64,000 bases of DNA from an uncultured Chloroflexia bacterium (lineage in GTDB: Bacteria; Chloroflexota; Limnocylindria; Limnocylindrales; CSP1-4), in the NCBI GenBank assembly GCA_963700245.1, contig CAVOWV010000011.1, forward strand, positions 99,405 through 163,404. Direction: 5' to 3'. Of this stretch, positions 31,643 to 41,333 are shown piece by piece. The notes beneath the pieces were generated by a model, which was not told the origin of the DNA, ran no database searches, and was given only the letters and a program-made list of their open reading frames with translations. How positions within the stretch are numbered: the stretch's first letter is position 1; each line of letters opens with the position of its first letter. The position numbers were made by a program, and so were the translations under genes.

Positions 31643-33117
31643 CTACCGGGTTGCGGCGGCGTAGGCGCGGACGGCATCGACGGCGTGGCGCCAGGCCTGG
31701 TAGCGCTCCTCGAGGCCTGCCGCGTTCGGGCCGGGCTCGAACGTCGTGACCGGGAGTCGCGTCGACCGGATCTCCTCGACGTCCTGCCAGAACCCGACCG
31801 CCAGGCCCGCCATGTAGGCGATTCCCAGCGAGGTGGCCTGGTTGGTGCTCGGGCGTTCGACGGGAATGCCGAGGACGTCCGCCTGCGCCTGGAGGAACAG
31901 GTCGTTGGCCGCCATGCCTCCGTCCACCCGCAGGCGATCGAAGGCCGGGGCCGGTGAGTCGGCGCGCAAAGCCTCAACCACCTCGCGGGTGCGGAACGCG
32001 ACGCCCTCCAGGAGCGCCCGTGCGACGTGGGCGCGGGTGGTGGCCCGGGTCAGTCCGAACAGGGCGCCCTTGGCGGACGGGTCCATGTACGGCGAACCCA
32101 GCCCCTGCAGCGCGGGCACGAACGCCACACCGCCCGCGTCCGGGACCGATGCGGCCAGCTCCTGGCTCTCCGCCGGCGATTCCAGCAGGCGCAGGGCATT
32201 GCCCCAGCCGACGACCGCGCCGCCGGTGATGACGGTCCCCTCGAGCAGGTAGGAGTCCTCCGTCCCGAGTCGCCAAAGACCGAGCGGGTAGCCGCCCTTG
32301 CCGTTCACCCACTCCCGGCCCGTGTTGACGTCGACCATGACGCTCGTGCCGTAGGTGGCCTTGCCCTCCCCGGGCTCGAGGCACAGCTGGCCGAACATCG
32401 CCGCTTGCTGGTCACCCGCGGATGCCGCAACCGGGACGCGGACGCCTCCGAACAGGTCGGGGTCGGCGTCACCGTAGACCGCGCTGGAGGGCGACACGGT
32501 GGCGAGCTGCTCCACGGACAGGCCGAGGATGCCAACCGGGCGGGCGACCAGCTGCCGGTCGACGGGTCCCACAGCGAAGTGGTTGACGCGTTCGACGAGT
32601 CGGTGACGAACGATCCCCCGCCGGTGAGCCGGTAGATCAGCCAGCTGTCAAGCGTGCCCACGAGCGCGTCGCCGGCGAGCACCTTGTCCCGCACGCCGGG
32701 GACGTTCTGCAGCAGCCACTCGATCTTGGTGATGGCGGCCAGGGGGCTCACGGCGAACCCCACCATCGCGCTCAGCTCCAGGCATCGCGGGTAGGTGCGG
32801 AGGTCCTGCCACACCAGCGCGTTGTGCAACGGGCGGCCCGTGGCCCGGTCCCAGGCGAGCGTCGTCGCCCGCTGCCCGGTCACGCCCACCGCCGCGACCA
32901 TGCTGCCGTCCGCGCCGGCACGGGCCATCGTCTCTGCGATCAGGCCTCGCGTGACGGCCCAGATCTCCTCCGGGTCGTGCTCGAGCAGGCTGGGGGCCGG
33001 GGTGATCTGCGTGAACTCGCGGTACGCGCTCGCGACCTCCCGGCCGCGGATGTCGTAGAGGATCGTGCGGATCCCCGTGGTCCCGGCGTCGATGGCGAGA
33101 ACGAGCGACGTGGACAT
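31643..33117 (-). CDS. glpK: glycerol kinase, apparent 1-nt frameshift near ~32530
   Basis: MSTSLVLAIDAGTTG...LTGGGSFVTDSSNAS (ORF 32305..33123 frame), continues in ORF 31643..32572 frame (...VYGD...AASAGDQQAAMFGQLC...); aggagg RBS 6 nt before ATG 33117. Confidence 0.85.
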
Positions 33118-33127
33118 GTCCATCCTC

Positions 33128-34570
33128 CTATGGGTTGGTGGTGTCGGGGGCCGGCTCGGCCGGCAGCAGGGAGCCAGGGTTCATGAGGCCCAGCGGATCG
33201 ATCGCCGCCTTCACGCGTCGCAGGAGCTCGTACGAGGTGCCGAGGTCCTGGGGGACCCAGCGCGCACGAAACCGGCCGACGCCGTGGTGGTGCGAGATCG
33301 TGCCGCCGAGGGCCAGCGTTGTCTCCATCACCCGCGACCAGATGGCCTCGTAGACGCGCGCGACGTCGTCCGGGTCCGGGCGCGGCTGCGCGCCCAGCAC
33401 GAAGTAGAGGTTGGTGCCCTGCGGGTAACTGTGCGAGGAGTGGCCGGTCGCGTGGACCATCTCCGGCACCTCGTCCACCAGGCGCGCGAGCACCTGCTCG
33501 TAGATGTCAGCGATGTTCGTCCAGGGGGCGGCCACCTCGATCGTGTCCAGGATCACGCCCCGGCGGATGTACGCCTCGTACTCCGCGATGTCGTTGCGGA
33601 CCCTGAGCCAGGTCTCGACGGGCTCGGGACCGATCGTGCGCAGCCCCGCTGCCCGCGCACGCGCGTCGATCGCAGCGCCCTCGGCCCGCGCGGAGCCCTC
33701 GGGGCCCTCGGACAGCAGGAGGAGGATGCATTCGCCCTCCTCGACCGTCCCGAAGTAGCTGCGGTGCGCCTCGGCGGCGTCGTGCAGGCGCACGACCGCC
33801 GGCCGCCAGCCGTCCCGCATGAACCCGCGGATGACGTCGAGGCCCGTGCGCATGGATTCCACACCGTATGCCTGGAGCCAGCGCTCGGGCGGCTGGGGAA
33901 CGACCTTCAGGGTGACCTCCGTGATGACGCCGAACGCACCCTCCGATCCCACCCAGAGCTGGCGGAGGTCCGGCCCGACGGCTCGACGCGGCTGGCTGGC
34001 GACACGGACGACCTGCCCATCGGGCAGGACGGCCTCCAGGCCCGCGACCAGGTCTTCGATGCTGCCGTAGCGCGTGGAGAACTGGCCGGAGCTGCGCGTG
34101 GCGACGAGACCGCCGATCCGGGCGAGATCGATCGACTGCGGGTAGTGGCCGGTCGTGTAGCCCCGCTTCCCCAGCCATGCCTCGAGCGTGGCCAGCAGCA
34201 CGCCCGACTGGACGGTGACGGTGAGGTTCTCCTCGTCGAGCGCGAGGATCCGGTCCAGGGCTCCCACGTCCACGACGGCGCGGCCGGAACCCGGTGCGGC
34301 GCCACCCTGGACGCCCGAGCCGCCGCCGTACGGGACGACCGGGACGTTGTGGGTGGTGAGGTACGCCAACGCCGCGGCGACCTCCTCCGTGGAGCGCGGT
34401 CGCACCACGCACCGCGGCGGCGGTGGCTCACGGCCGACGGCGCGCTGCACGAGGACGAGCGGCCAGGTGTCGAGACTCCGCGCTGCCAGGACATCGGGTG
34501 CGTCGAGCACCTGATCGGCCCCCAGCCGGGAGCGAAGACCCACCACGACCTCGTCCACGGGCTGCGTCAC
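33128..34570 (-). CDS. FAD-linked oxidase (GlcD / alkyl-DHAP-synthase-like)
   Basis: GTG start with aaggag RBS 17 nt after tetR stop; PCMH FAD domain VVPYGGGSGVQGGAAPG; C-terminal HHGVGRFRARWV. Confidence 0.75.
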   Translation of the reverse strand: MTQPVDEVVVGLRSRLGADQVLDAPDVLAARSLDTWPLVLVQRAVGREPPPPRCVVRPRSTEEVAAALAYLTTHNVPVVPYGGGSGVQGGAAPGSGRAVVDVGALDRILALDEENLTVTVQSGVLLATLEAWLGKRGYTTGHYPQSIDLARIGGLVATRSSGQFSTRYGSIEDLVAGLEAVLPDGQVVRVASQPRRAVGPDLRQLWVGSEGAFGVITEVTLKVVPQPPERWLQAYGVESMRTGLDVIRGFMRDGWRPAVVRLHDAAEAHRSYFGTVEEGECILLLLSEGPEGSARAEGAAIDARARAAGLRTIGPEPVETWLRVRNDIAEYEAYIRRGVILDTIEVAAPWTNIADIYEQVLARLVDEVPEMVHATGHSSHSYPQGTNLYFVLGAQPRPDPDDVARVYEAIWSRVMETTLALGGTISHHHGVGRFRARWVPQDLGTSYELLRRVKAAIDPLGLMNPGSLLPAEPAPDTTNP

Positions 34571-34586
34571 GGTGCCGGGCTCCTTC

Positions 34587-35294
34587 TCAGTGATCGAGCG
34601 TCGCTTCGAGACCGGCCACCAGCACGTCCAGGCCACGCTCGAACTCCGCGTCGTTGTCGAATGTCGTGATGAAGTTGGCGATGGGCGCGAGGTGCGGCAC
34701 GTCCGCAGACGTGAGCGTCCCGGCCTCGGTCGGAGGAATGGTGCCGGCGGCCCTTGCCTCGGCATGCCGGAACTCCCAGAGCACATAGCCCAGGACATAG
34801 CTCCGGACCAGGAGGAACGTCGTGAACGCGTCCTGGGCCGCGAGGCCGGCGGTCGCGAGCACGTCGAGCACCGCCTCGGTGTGGCGCCTGGCGGCGGGGC
34901 TGCCGAGCCCCAGCGAACCGAGGAGCGGGATCGCGTTCGGATGTGCGAGCGCGTTCGCCCGCAGCGCGCGGGCCAGGCTCCGGGTCGCCGCCGCGGGATC
35001 GCGGCCATCGCCGCCATTGCCGCCATCTCCGCGCGGGAGCCGGATCTCGCCCAGGACCGTCTCCGCCAGCCCCTCCAGCAGCGCCGCCTTGCTGGGGACG
35101 TGGTAGTAGAGCGACATCGCCTCGACGTGCAACTCCGCCGCGAGCTTCCGCATCGTCAGCGCGTCCAGCCCGTCTGCGTCCATCAGGCGCAGCGCCGCCG
35201 CGAGGATGCGACCGCGATCGAGAGGCAGGCGGTCCGGGGCCTTCTGCGGGGCACCGCGGGAGCCGGATCGACGAACCGACGGGTCGACCATCAC
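34587..35294 (-). CDS. TetR/AcrR-family transcriptional regulator
   Basis: N-terminal HTH RILAAALRLMDADGLDALTMRKLAAELHVEAMSLYYHV. Confidence 0.85.
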   Translation of the reverse strand: MMVDPSVRRSGSRGAPQKAPDRLPLDRGRILAAALRLMDADGLDALTMRKLAAELHVEAMSLYYHVPSKAALLEGLAETVLGEIRLPRGDGGNGGDGRDPAAATRSLARALRANALAHPNAIPLLGSLGLGSPAARRHTEAVLDVLATAGLAAQDAFTTFLLVRSYVLGYVLWEFRHAEARAAGTIPPTEAGTLTSADVPHLAPIANFITTFDNDAEFERGLDVLVAGLEATLDH

Positions 35295-35482
35295 CGCTTG
35301 ATCTTACAACGTAAGGTCAAGGTCGGCTCGGGTATGGGTTGCCCCACGCGACTTGTGCGATCGTTCGTGGCAAGTCCGTCGCCGACGATTGACTACCCAG
35401 TCGGGAAGCGGCGTGTAACTCCGCACCCGGCCGGAAACAGGCAAGGTGCCGAGCGTGGCAGGGCTGCTAGAATGCCCTCCGC

Positions 35483-35557
35483 GCCGACATAGCTCAGCGG
35501 TAGAGCAGCTGTTTCGTAAACAGCAGGTCCTCGGTTCAAATCCGAGTGTCGGCTCCA
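35483..35557 (+). tRNA. tRNA-Thr (anticodon CGT)
   Basis: Manual cloverleaf: acceptor GCCGACA/TGTCGGC, D-arm GCTC..GAGC, anticodon stem GCTGT/ACAGC with loop TTCGTAA, T-arm CTCGG-TTCAAAT-CCGAG, discriminator T, encoded CCA. Confidence 0.85.
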
Positions 35558-35571
35558 GCGATCTGAACGTG

Positions 35572-35595
35572 AAACCCGGCCGAGAGGCCGGGTTT
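35572..35595 (+). terminator. hairpin plus T-tract immediately after the tRNA
   Basis: aaacccggcc-gaga-ggccgggttt followed by cgtg. Confidence 0.5.
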
Positions 35596-35820
35596 CGTGC
35601 TGTCCGCGGGCGGGTTGACCACCACGTCGACCACCACGGCGGACACTCGCCCGTCCGCCACGGTCCCGCGCGGCGATCAGCGGTTCGAGAGGACGGCCTC
35701 CATACGTTCAGCGGTCTCCCGCCAGAGAGCGTGGACGACGTGGCTGGAGGCCGATCCCCGCAAGCAGCTCAGAGCTGCTCGCGTCTGACCGCACGGGATG
35801 TCGGCCGGTATCCTCGCGAG

Positions 35821-35988
35821 ATGGTGAACGGAGACACCCTCTCTCTCGGCGACAACCTCGACCCATCGCGTCCCCACATGAGCGACGAGGGCGACGGTCT
35901 CGAGCAAGGGCTGGGCAGTCTCAAGTCGCATCCCCTGGGCCGCCGCGTGCTCAGGATGGCCAAGGACGTCAAGGTCGAGATCCGATGA
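35821..35988 (+). CDS. small ORF (55 aa) whose stop overlaps the ATG of the downstream monooxygenase
   Basis: MVNGDTLSLGDNLDPSRPHMSDEGDGLEQGLGSLKSHPLGRRVLRMAKDVKVEIR; TGA overlaps ATG35985 (atccgATGA); no homology recognised. Confidence 0.3.
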   Translation: MVNGDTLSLGDNLDPSRPHMSDEGDGLEQGLGSLKSHPLGRRVLRMAKDVKVEIR

Positions 35989-37304
35989 GCGGAAGCACAA
36001 CCAGACATCAGAACCTGGTCATCGTTGGATCGGGGCCGGTGGGCATGGTCGCTGCGTTGCTGCTCCAGGAGCATTTCGAGCAGGTCACCCTGCTCGAACG
36101 GCGCACACAAGAGGACTTCCTTCAAGCGCAGGGCTTCACCTTCCCGATCGTCTTCTCGCCCGCTTCCATTCGCATCCTGCAACAGATCGGCATCTGGGAT
36201 GCCATCCGTGCGGAACGATCCGAGTTCTTCGGGGTGGTCATCCACCAGCGTGTCCTGGGCCGCGAGCTCTCCTTCACCTCCGTCCGCGAAGGGGTGTACT
36301 CCCACTGGCGGAACCATGTCGTCGCCAAGCTGTACGAACAGGTCCAGGCGGCGGGCATCCCGATCCACTTCGAATCGCAAGTGGAAGCCATCGACTTTCA
36401 GAACAGCGTCTGCCGCGAGGCCCGGCTTGGCGACCTGCCCTTCGACCTGCTGCTGGGCGCCGACGGCAGCAACAGCCAGACGCGCCGGCTGCTTGCGCAA
36501 GCCCATCCGGACTTCCCTGCAGATTCGTTCAAGCGCACCGGGCTCGACCATTGGTATGCGTACCGTGTCGCCAGCCGCGGTGCCATGCGCGAACGGTTCG
36601 CCGGCGGAGAACGCCACCACGCCTCCAATGTCTTTCTCAGCAACCTCGCCGCGTATCCCTCGGAGAAGTTCCGCATCGTCACCACCGGGATGCGCCAGCC
36701 CGAGGAAGAGATCAGCATCCTGATCAAGCACGACCCGGCGATCACCCCTTCCCGTTTGAAGGTCCTGAACGACAGTCACTTCGGTCCGCTGGTTGGCTCA
36801 CAGCAGGAGCTGGATGCAGCCTGGCAAGCGGGATATGCAGGGCGTTTCGACCAGGTTGAGGCCCCCACCTTCCACCTGAACCGCGTGCTGCTGATCGGCG
36901 ATGCGGCCCACGGCTTCGAAAGCACCGGCGACCTCATCAATCTGGGCCTGGCATCCGCCGGGTATCTCCGCGAGGTCCTCAGCCGCCATGCGAACATCCC
37001 GGCCGCGCTGGAGGAGTACGACGCCACTGCCGGTGCCGCCCTGCGATTCTTCGCCGCCTTCTCCTATCGCCGAAGCCTGGACAAGATCGACTTCGAGGTG
37101 TTCTCCATCGAATTCGCCCACCGGCTGGGGCTCGCGAAACGGCACCCCACCCTGTTCGGCATCTACGACGAGGACTTCGAGCTGGTCCCCTACATGCGCA
37201 ACTACCAGCGGGATATCGTCAAGGCCCGATCCCTTGTCGTTGGGCTGGTGGCTGGGCTGGTCACGCTCGCCGTGCTCCTGAGGCGCCTACGCACAGCGAC
37301 GTAA
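35985..37304 (+). CDS. FAD-dependent monooxygenase with C-terminal membrane anchor (kynurenine-3-monooxygenase-like)
   Basis: LVIVGSGPVGMVAALLL dinucleotide motif; LLGADGSNSQTRR; GDAAHGFESTGDLIN; C-terminal TM VVGLVAGLVTLAVLL; visibly lower GC and AGA/CAA/TTC codons unlike neighbours. Confidence 0.75.
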   Translation: MSGSTTRHQNLVIVGSGPVGMVAALLLQEHFEQVTLLERRTQEDFLQAQGFTFPIVFSPASIRILQQIGIWDAIRAERSEFFGVVIHQRVLGRELSFTSVREGVYSHWRNHVVAKLYEQVQAAGIPIHFESQVEAIDFQNSVCREARLGDLPFDLLLGADGSNSQTRRLLAQAHPDFPADSFKRTGLDHWYAYRVASRGAMRERFAGGERHHASNVFLSNLAAYPSEKFRIVTTGMRQPEEEISILIKHDPAITPSRLKVLNDSHFGPLVGSQQELDAAWQAGYAGRFDQVEAPTFHLNRVLLIGDAAHGFESTGDLINLGLASAGYLREVLSRHANIPAALEEYDATAGAALRFFAAFSYRRSLDKIDFEVFSIEFAHRLGLAKRHPTLFGIYDEDFELVPYMRNYQRDIVKARSLVVGLVAGLVTLAVLLRRLRTAT

Positions 37305-37373
37305 TAGACAGCGGGAACGTCGTGCCGCTCGGATGGCACGTGGCGGCCGCAACATGTCGTGTCCGCCGGGAGG

Positions 37374-37826
37374 TCAGCCCGCCTCGGCCGCGTACGCCGC
37401 CACGACCTCGCTCAGACGCCTGCTCCTGACCGGCTCCACGACGAGCTCGATGTCGGTCAAGGCGAAGTCGCCTCCCTTGAACAGGAGCGGCTCCCCGAGG
37501 TCGCGCGCGAGGGCGTAGGCGAAGCAGTCGCCCATGTTGAGCTGCGCCGCATGTCCCGAGCCCCGTCCGAACTGCTGGTACGCCACCCTGGCGATCCGCG
37601 CCTGCTCGACGGTGAACGACACGACCTCGACGTGCAGGACTCGCAGTATTGCGTCCAAGGCTCCCGACAGCGCGGGGTCTCGGCGCCCGTCGATGACCGC
37701 CCCCAGCTCGACGTAGCTCGCGGACGAGAGCCGCCGGGCCGGGGCCGCCGACAGCAGGCGCATCAGCACGGGCGCGTCGGGCTCGCGGAGCAGCAGTGCC
37801 ACCACGACCGACGTGTCGACGATCAT
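37374..37826 (-). CDS. vapC: VapC PIN-domain toxin
   Basis: MIVDTSVVVALL...; PIN acidic residues; ATG overlaps antitoxin stop (ATGA). Confidence 0.85.
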   Translation of the reverse strand: MIVDTSVVVALLLREPDAPVLMRLLSAAPARRLSSASYVELGAVIDGRRDPALSGALDAILRVLHVEVVSFTVEQARIARVAYQQFGRGSGHAAQLNMGDCFAYALARDLGEPLLFKGGDFALTDIELVVEPVRSRRLSEVVAAYAAEAG

Positions 37827-38077
37827 CGAGGCAGGCCCCGCTCGTCGTAGAGGAGCGCGTCGAAGTCCTGGCCCAGGTACTCCTTGCCAAGGCGGTCGCC
37901 GAGCTCTCCCAATGCGGCAAGCGCCTCGTCGACGTCGAAGGCTGGCTCGGGCGTGCGTACCTGCGCCAGGCGTGTCGTGACCGCGTCCGTGATGGCCGCC
38001 GTCATGGACACGTGCAACTCCTCCGCCAGTTCCCTGACGAGCCGGACCGTCTCCTCGTTCTTGATGTTGAGGCTCAT
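37823..38077 (-). CDS. vapB: VapB-type antitoxin (start possibly at 38095)
   Basis: MSLNIKNEETVRLVRELAEELHVSMTAAITDAV..; 16-bp palindrome gggtagaaatctaccc sits between the two candidate ATGs. Confidence 0.7.
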   Translation of the reverse strand: MSLNIKNEETVRLVRELAEELHVSMTAAITDAVTTRLAQVRTPEPAFDVDEALAALGELGDRLGKEYLGQDFDALLYDERGLPR

Positions 38078-38093
38078 GGGTAGAAATCTACCC
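38078..38093. promoter_or_regulatory. perfect 16-bp palindrome (gggtagaaatctaccc) directly upstream of vapB start; candidate VapB/VapBC operator
   Basis: Read directly; position overlaps the expected RBS/5' UTR of vapB. Confidence 0.45.
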
Positions 38094-38176
38094 ATGAATG
38101 AGGTCGATGTCTACCTTGCCGGTCCGGGTATCGGGTGGGCTCGACATCGGGCTGGTGATCCACGGCGGGCCGCGGG

Positions 38177-39121
38177 TCAGGTGTCGCCCGACGGAGCCTC
38201 GTGTTCCTCGTGCGACTCGGCCTCCTCGAGCCCGTCCAGCCGGCGTCGGATGTCCGCGAGGTTCGACATCCGCTGGAGCACCCCGGGCACCTGGTCGAAG
38301 CCGCCGATGTAGGCCCACACGTAGGCGATGGTCGCGAAGATCGCCCCGACCTCCTCCGAGGTACCGGTCGCCCGCACGAGCGCGAACACGGCGAGACCCA
38401 GCGCGATCACGTCCACGACGCCCCAGCTGATGCCCTCGGCGTCGGACAGGCGGTTCCAGTGGCCCGCGATCACCCCGAAGTGGCGTCGCACGTCCTTGAC
38501 CGACCCCTGGTCGATGAGCGAGACCTCGCGCTCCGACTGATCGTTCAGGGCGCGATAGATCGCGGCCGAGCGGCGCATCAGGCGGCGGTTGATGAGGATG
38601 ACCGGGATGGCGACCACGGCCGCGACGAGACCCAGGAGGAGGTCGTAGAAGAACAGCATGACCAGGGAGCCGAGGACCGCGAACCCCGCCGTGATGGCGG
38701 CGTTGACGCCGCTTCTCAGGAAGTCGACGTACTCGTCGGCCAGAATCGTCCGGGCGACCACCGACGTGGTGGCGACGCCCTCGGCCCGCTGGTCCTCGAC
38801 GAGATCCGTCGCGAACGAGGCGTACATGCGATTGAACAGCCGGGTGTCGTACCACTGCCGGGCGACACCCAGGCCCGTGTGGGCAAGCGAGAGCAGGACG
38901 AACAGGGTCACCCCGCCCCACGAGCCGTCGAGCAGCCCGTCGACCGCAAGGCCGATGGCGAACGGGTACAGCAGCTCGAACGTGTTCTCGACCACCGCCG
39001 CGCCGTAGGACACCGCGAGCGAGCCGCGATGCGGCCGCACGTGGGCCGCCACGAACCCCACGACCCGCTCCTCAGGCACCGGGTGTCCGGCCGGCGCGGC
39101 CGCCGGGGCCCTCACCGTCAC
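38177..39121 (-). CDS. ABC exporter transmembrane domain (6 TM) lacking any nucleotide-binding domain
   Basis: ABC_membrane-like: HVRPHRGSLAVSYGAAVVENTFELLYPFAIGLAVD...; protein ends ~25 aa after TM6 (..ADIRRRLDGLEEAESHEEHEAPSGDT*); no Walker A/ABC signature follows. Confidence 0.65.
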   Translation of the reverse strand: MTVRAPAAAPAGHPVPEERVVGFVAAHVRPHRGSLAVSYGAAVVENTFELLYPFAIGLAVDGLLDGSWGGVTLFVLLSLAHTGLGVARQWYDTRLFNRMYASFATDLVEDQRAEGVATTSVVARTILADEYVDFLRSGVNAAITAGFAVLGSLVMLFFYDLLLGLVAAVVAIPVILINRRLMRRSAAIYRALNDQSEREVSLIDQGSVKDVRRHFGVIAGHWNRLSDAEGISWGVVDVIALGLAVFALVRATGTSEEVGAIFATIAYVWAYIGGFDQVPGVLQRMSNLADIRRRLDGLEEAESHEEHEAPSGDT

Positions 39122-39932
39122 TCGCGACCTGGTCCGGCGCCGCCGGCGTGGCTGCAGCCCGGGCGGTCCGCATCTCCGCGACGAGGATGTACGCGCTGGC
39201 CACGAAGACCCACAGCGGGAACAGCATCACGATCCACTGCAGGAAGCTGAGGCTCAGGAGCATCACGACCGCGACCACGTACCCCGCGATCGTGAATGCG
39301 CGCGGGAAGATGGCGGTCGTCCGCCAGGCGATCGTGCAGGTCACGATCATGAACACCGCGGCTGCGCGGGCGGCCATGACGAACAGGAACGAGAACGCCA
39401 GCGAACGCACGCTCTCGAGGCCGCGGACATCGAGCGCCGGGGCGGCGTCGAAGCGGTTGCCGGCGACGAGGCTCGCGAGCACGGCTGCGGCCGCCCAGTA
39501 CATCGCGACGAACAGGAACCCACTGCCGAGGAACACCGAGGCGAAGAACTGGTCCTCGCGCGCCCCGATGCGGGACCGGATGACGCCGATGAACCACAGG
39601 AACGCGATGCCGGCGAACGGCGCCAGGTAGAGCGCCGCGATCGTGAGCGGGGTAAGGGCGTTCGCCTCGAACCACGCCATGAAAGCGAGATCGCCCAGTC
39701 CCGCCGGCGGCCGGGTGCTGGCAAGGACCAGGGAGGCCATGAACAGCACCGAGAACAGGATCCCGGCGAGACCCGCGGAACGCGGGGCCGTCCGCTCGAG
39801 GCGCCGGATCGAATCGATCGGAGCACCGGCGTCGGGGAGTACGCCGTGGGCCGGGGCCGGCTGGCTGGACAAGCGACGCCTCCTTCGCTGCACCCACGGT
39901 CCGTCGCGCGGGTTCCCTGCAGCATGATGCAT
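39072..39932 (-). CDS. hypothetical polytopic membrane protein (Arg-rich N-terminus), start uncertain
   Basis: C-terminal 286 codons of ORF 39072..41447 (remainder is antisense to saccharopine DH); ~7 hydrophobic segments e.g. FMAWFEANALTPLTIAALYLAPFAGIAFLWFIGVI. Confidence 0.4.
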   Translation of the reverse strand: MHHAAGNPRDGPWVQRRRRRLSSQPAPAHGVLPDAGAPIDSIRRLERTAPRSAGLAGILFSVLFMASLVLASTRPPAGLGDLAFMAWFEANALTPLTIAALYLAPFAGIAFLWFIGVIRSRIGAREDQFFASVFLGSGFLFVAMYWAAAAVLASLVAGNRFDAAPALDVRGLESVRSLAFSFLFVMAARAAAVFMIVTCTIAWRTTAIFPRAFTIAGYVVAVVMLLSLSFLQWIVMLFPLWVFVASAYILVAEMRTARAAATPAAPDQVASDGEGPGGRAGRTPGA

Positions 39933-40106
39933 CCAACTGCTGCGTACCGCGACGGCGTCGACTGGTCCAGGACGGCCCCGCGAACCGCGCTCGACAGCCC
40001 GCACATCCCGGCGCGTGCGCGGCTGTCGTGCCTGTGTCAGCATGCGGCATCCACCCGCGGCGACCCCGCGTACCCCGTCATCGCACGCATCGGGAGCATC
40101 GCGAAC

Positions 40107-41333
40107 ATGAAGGTCCTTCTGGTAGGGGTCGGCACCGTCGGAGAGGCAATCGCGCGCCTGAGCGCCGGTCGGCCCTGGCTCGAGCAAATGGTGCTCGCCG
40201 GCCACGACCTCGATCGCGCCCGCGAGGTGGCGGACTCGATCGGCGACGCCGTGAGCCATCCGGTGGCGCAGATCGACGCCTCGGATGCGGGCGACGTGGA
40301 GGCGCTCGCCCGGGCCCATGGCGTCGACCTCGTGATGAACGCCGTCGATCCGCGCTTCGTGATGCCCGTGTTCCGGGGCGCGCTCGCCGCGGGCGTGGAC
40401 TACATGGACATGGCGGTCAGCATGTCCACGCCGCACCCGACCGACCCCTACTCGCAGCCCGGGGTCAAGCTGGGCGACGAGCAGTTCGCGATGGACGCCG
40501 CATGGCGCGACCGTGGACGCCTCGCGCTCCTGGGGCAAGGGATCAGTCCGGGCCTGGCCCAGGTGTTCGCGGCGCACGCGTCCAAGCACCTGTTCGACGA
40601 GGTCCACGAGATCAACATCCGCGCGGGCGGCGACCTCCGCATCGAAGGCTACCCGTTCGCCTCCGTGTTCTCGGTCTGGACGATGCTCGAGGAGTGCCTC
40701 AACCCGTCGATCGTGTGGGAGAAGGAGCGCGGCTTCTTCACCCTGCCGCCGTTCTCGGAGCCCGAGCGGTTCATCTTCCCGGAGGGCATCGGCCCCGTCG
40801 AGTGCGTGCACGTCGAGCACGAGGACATCACGATGATCCCGCGCGTGCTGGACGCGCGCCGGGTGACGTTCAAGTTCGCGCTGGGTGAGGAGTTCATCGG
40901 GGCGCTCAAGGTGCTCCACGCCATCGGCCTCGACCGCACCGACCCGATCACGGTGGACGGCCAGCAGGTCCGGCCGCGCAACGTCGTGGCCGCGCTCGTG
41001 CCAGATCCCGCGACGCTGGGTGACCACATGACCGGGCGGGCGATCGTGGGCACCCACGTGACCGGCCTCAAGGACGGGAAGCCACGCGAGATCTTCAGCT
41101 ACCAGATGGCCGACGCGCAGGACACGATGCGCCGCTTCGGCCTGCAGGCCGTGGCATGGCAGACCGGCTTCAACCCGGTCGTCGCGATGGAGCTCCTTGC
41201 CGAGGGTGCCTGGCAGGGGGTGGGCGTCCTCTCGGCGGAGTCGTTCGATCCCGATCCGTACCTCGCCATCCTCGACCGCGACGGCATCCACCACGCGACG
41301 ATCGAGATCGAGCCGGGCCACGCCGTCGCCTGA
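40107..41333 (+). CDS. saccharopine dehydrogenase-like NAD(P)-binding oxidoreductase
   Basis: MKVLLVGVGTVGEAIARL Rossmann; Sacchrp_dh C-terminal region. Confidence 0.7.
   Translation: MKVLLVGVGTVGEAIARLSAGRPWLEQMVLAGHDLDRAREVADSIGDAVSHPVAQIDASDAGDVEALARAHGVDLVMNAVDPRFVMPVFRGALAAGVDYMDMAVSMSTPHPTDPYSQPGVKLGDEQFAMDAAWRDRGRLALLGQGISPGLAQVFAAHASKHLFDEVHEINIRAGGDLRIEGYPFASVFSVWTMLEECLNPSIVWEKERGFFTLPPFSEPERFIFPEGIGPVECVHVEHEDITMIPRVLDARRVTFKFALGEEFIGALKVLHAIGLDRTDPITVDGQQVRPRNVVAALVPDPATLGDHMTGRAIVGTHVTGLKDGKPREIFSYQMADAQDTMRRFGLQAVAWQTGFNPVVAMELLAEGAWQGVGVLSAESFDPDPYLAILDRDGIHHATIEIEPGHAVA

Noticed and set aside
34571-35026. N-terminal extension of the FAD-linked oxidase ORF (33128..35026) through the tetR gene
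   Set aside because: This stretch overlaps tetR in another frame. A GTG with aaggag RBS at 34570 gives a typical GlcD-like N-terminus.
35558-38176. Complete integrative element (integrase, excisionase) at the tRNA-Thr 3' end
   Set aside because: No tyrosine/serine recombinase-like ORF on either strand, and no direct repeat of the tRNA 3' end could be found by eye. Only an island remnant is proposed.
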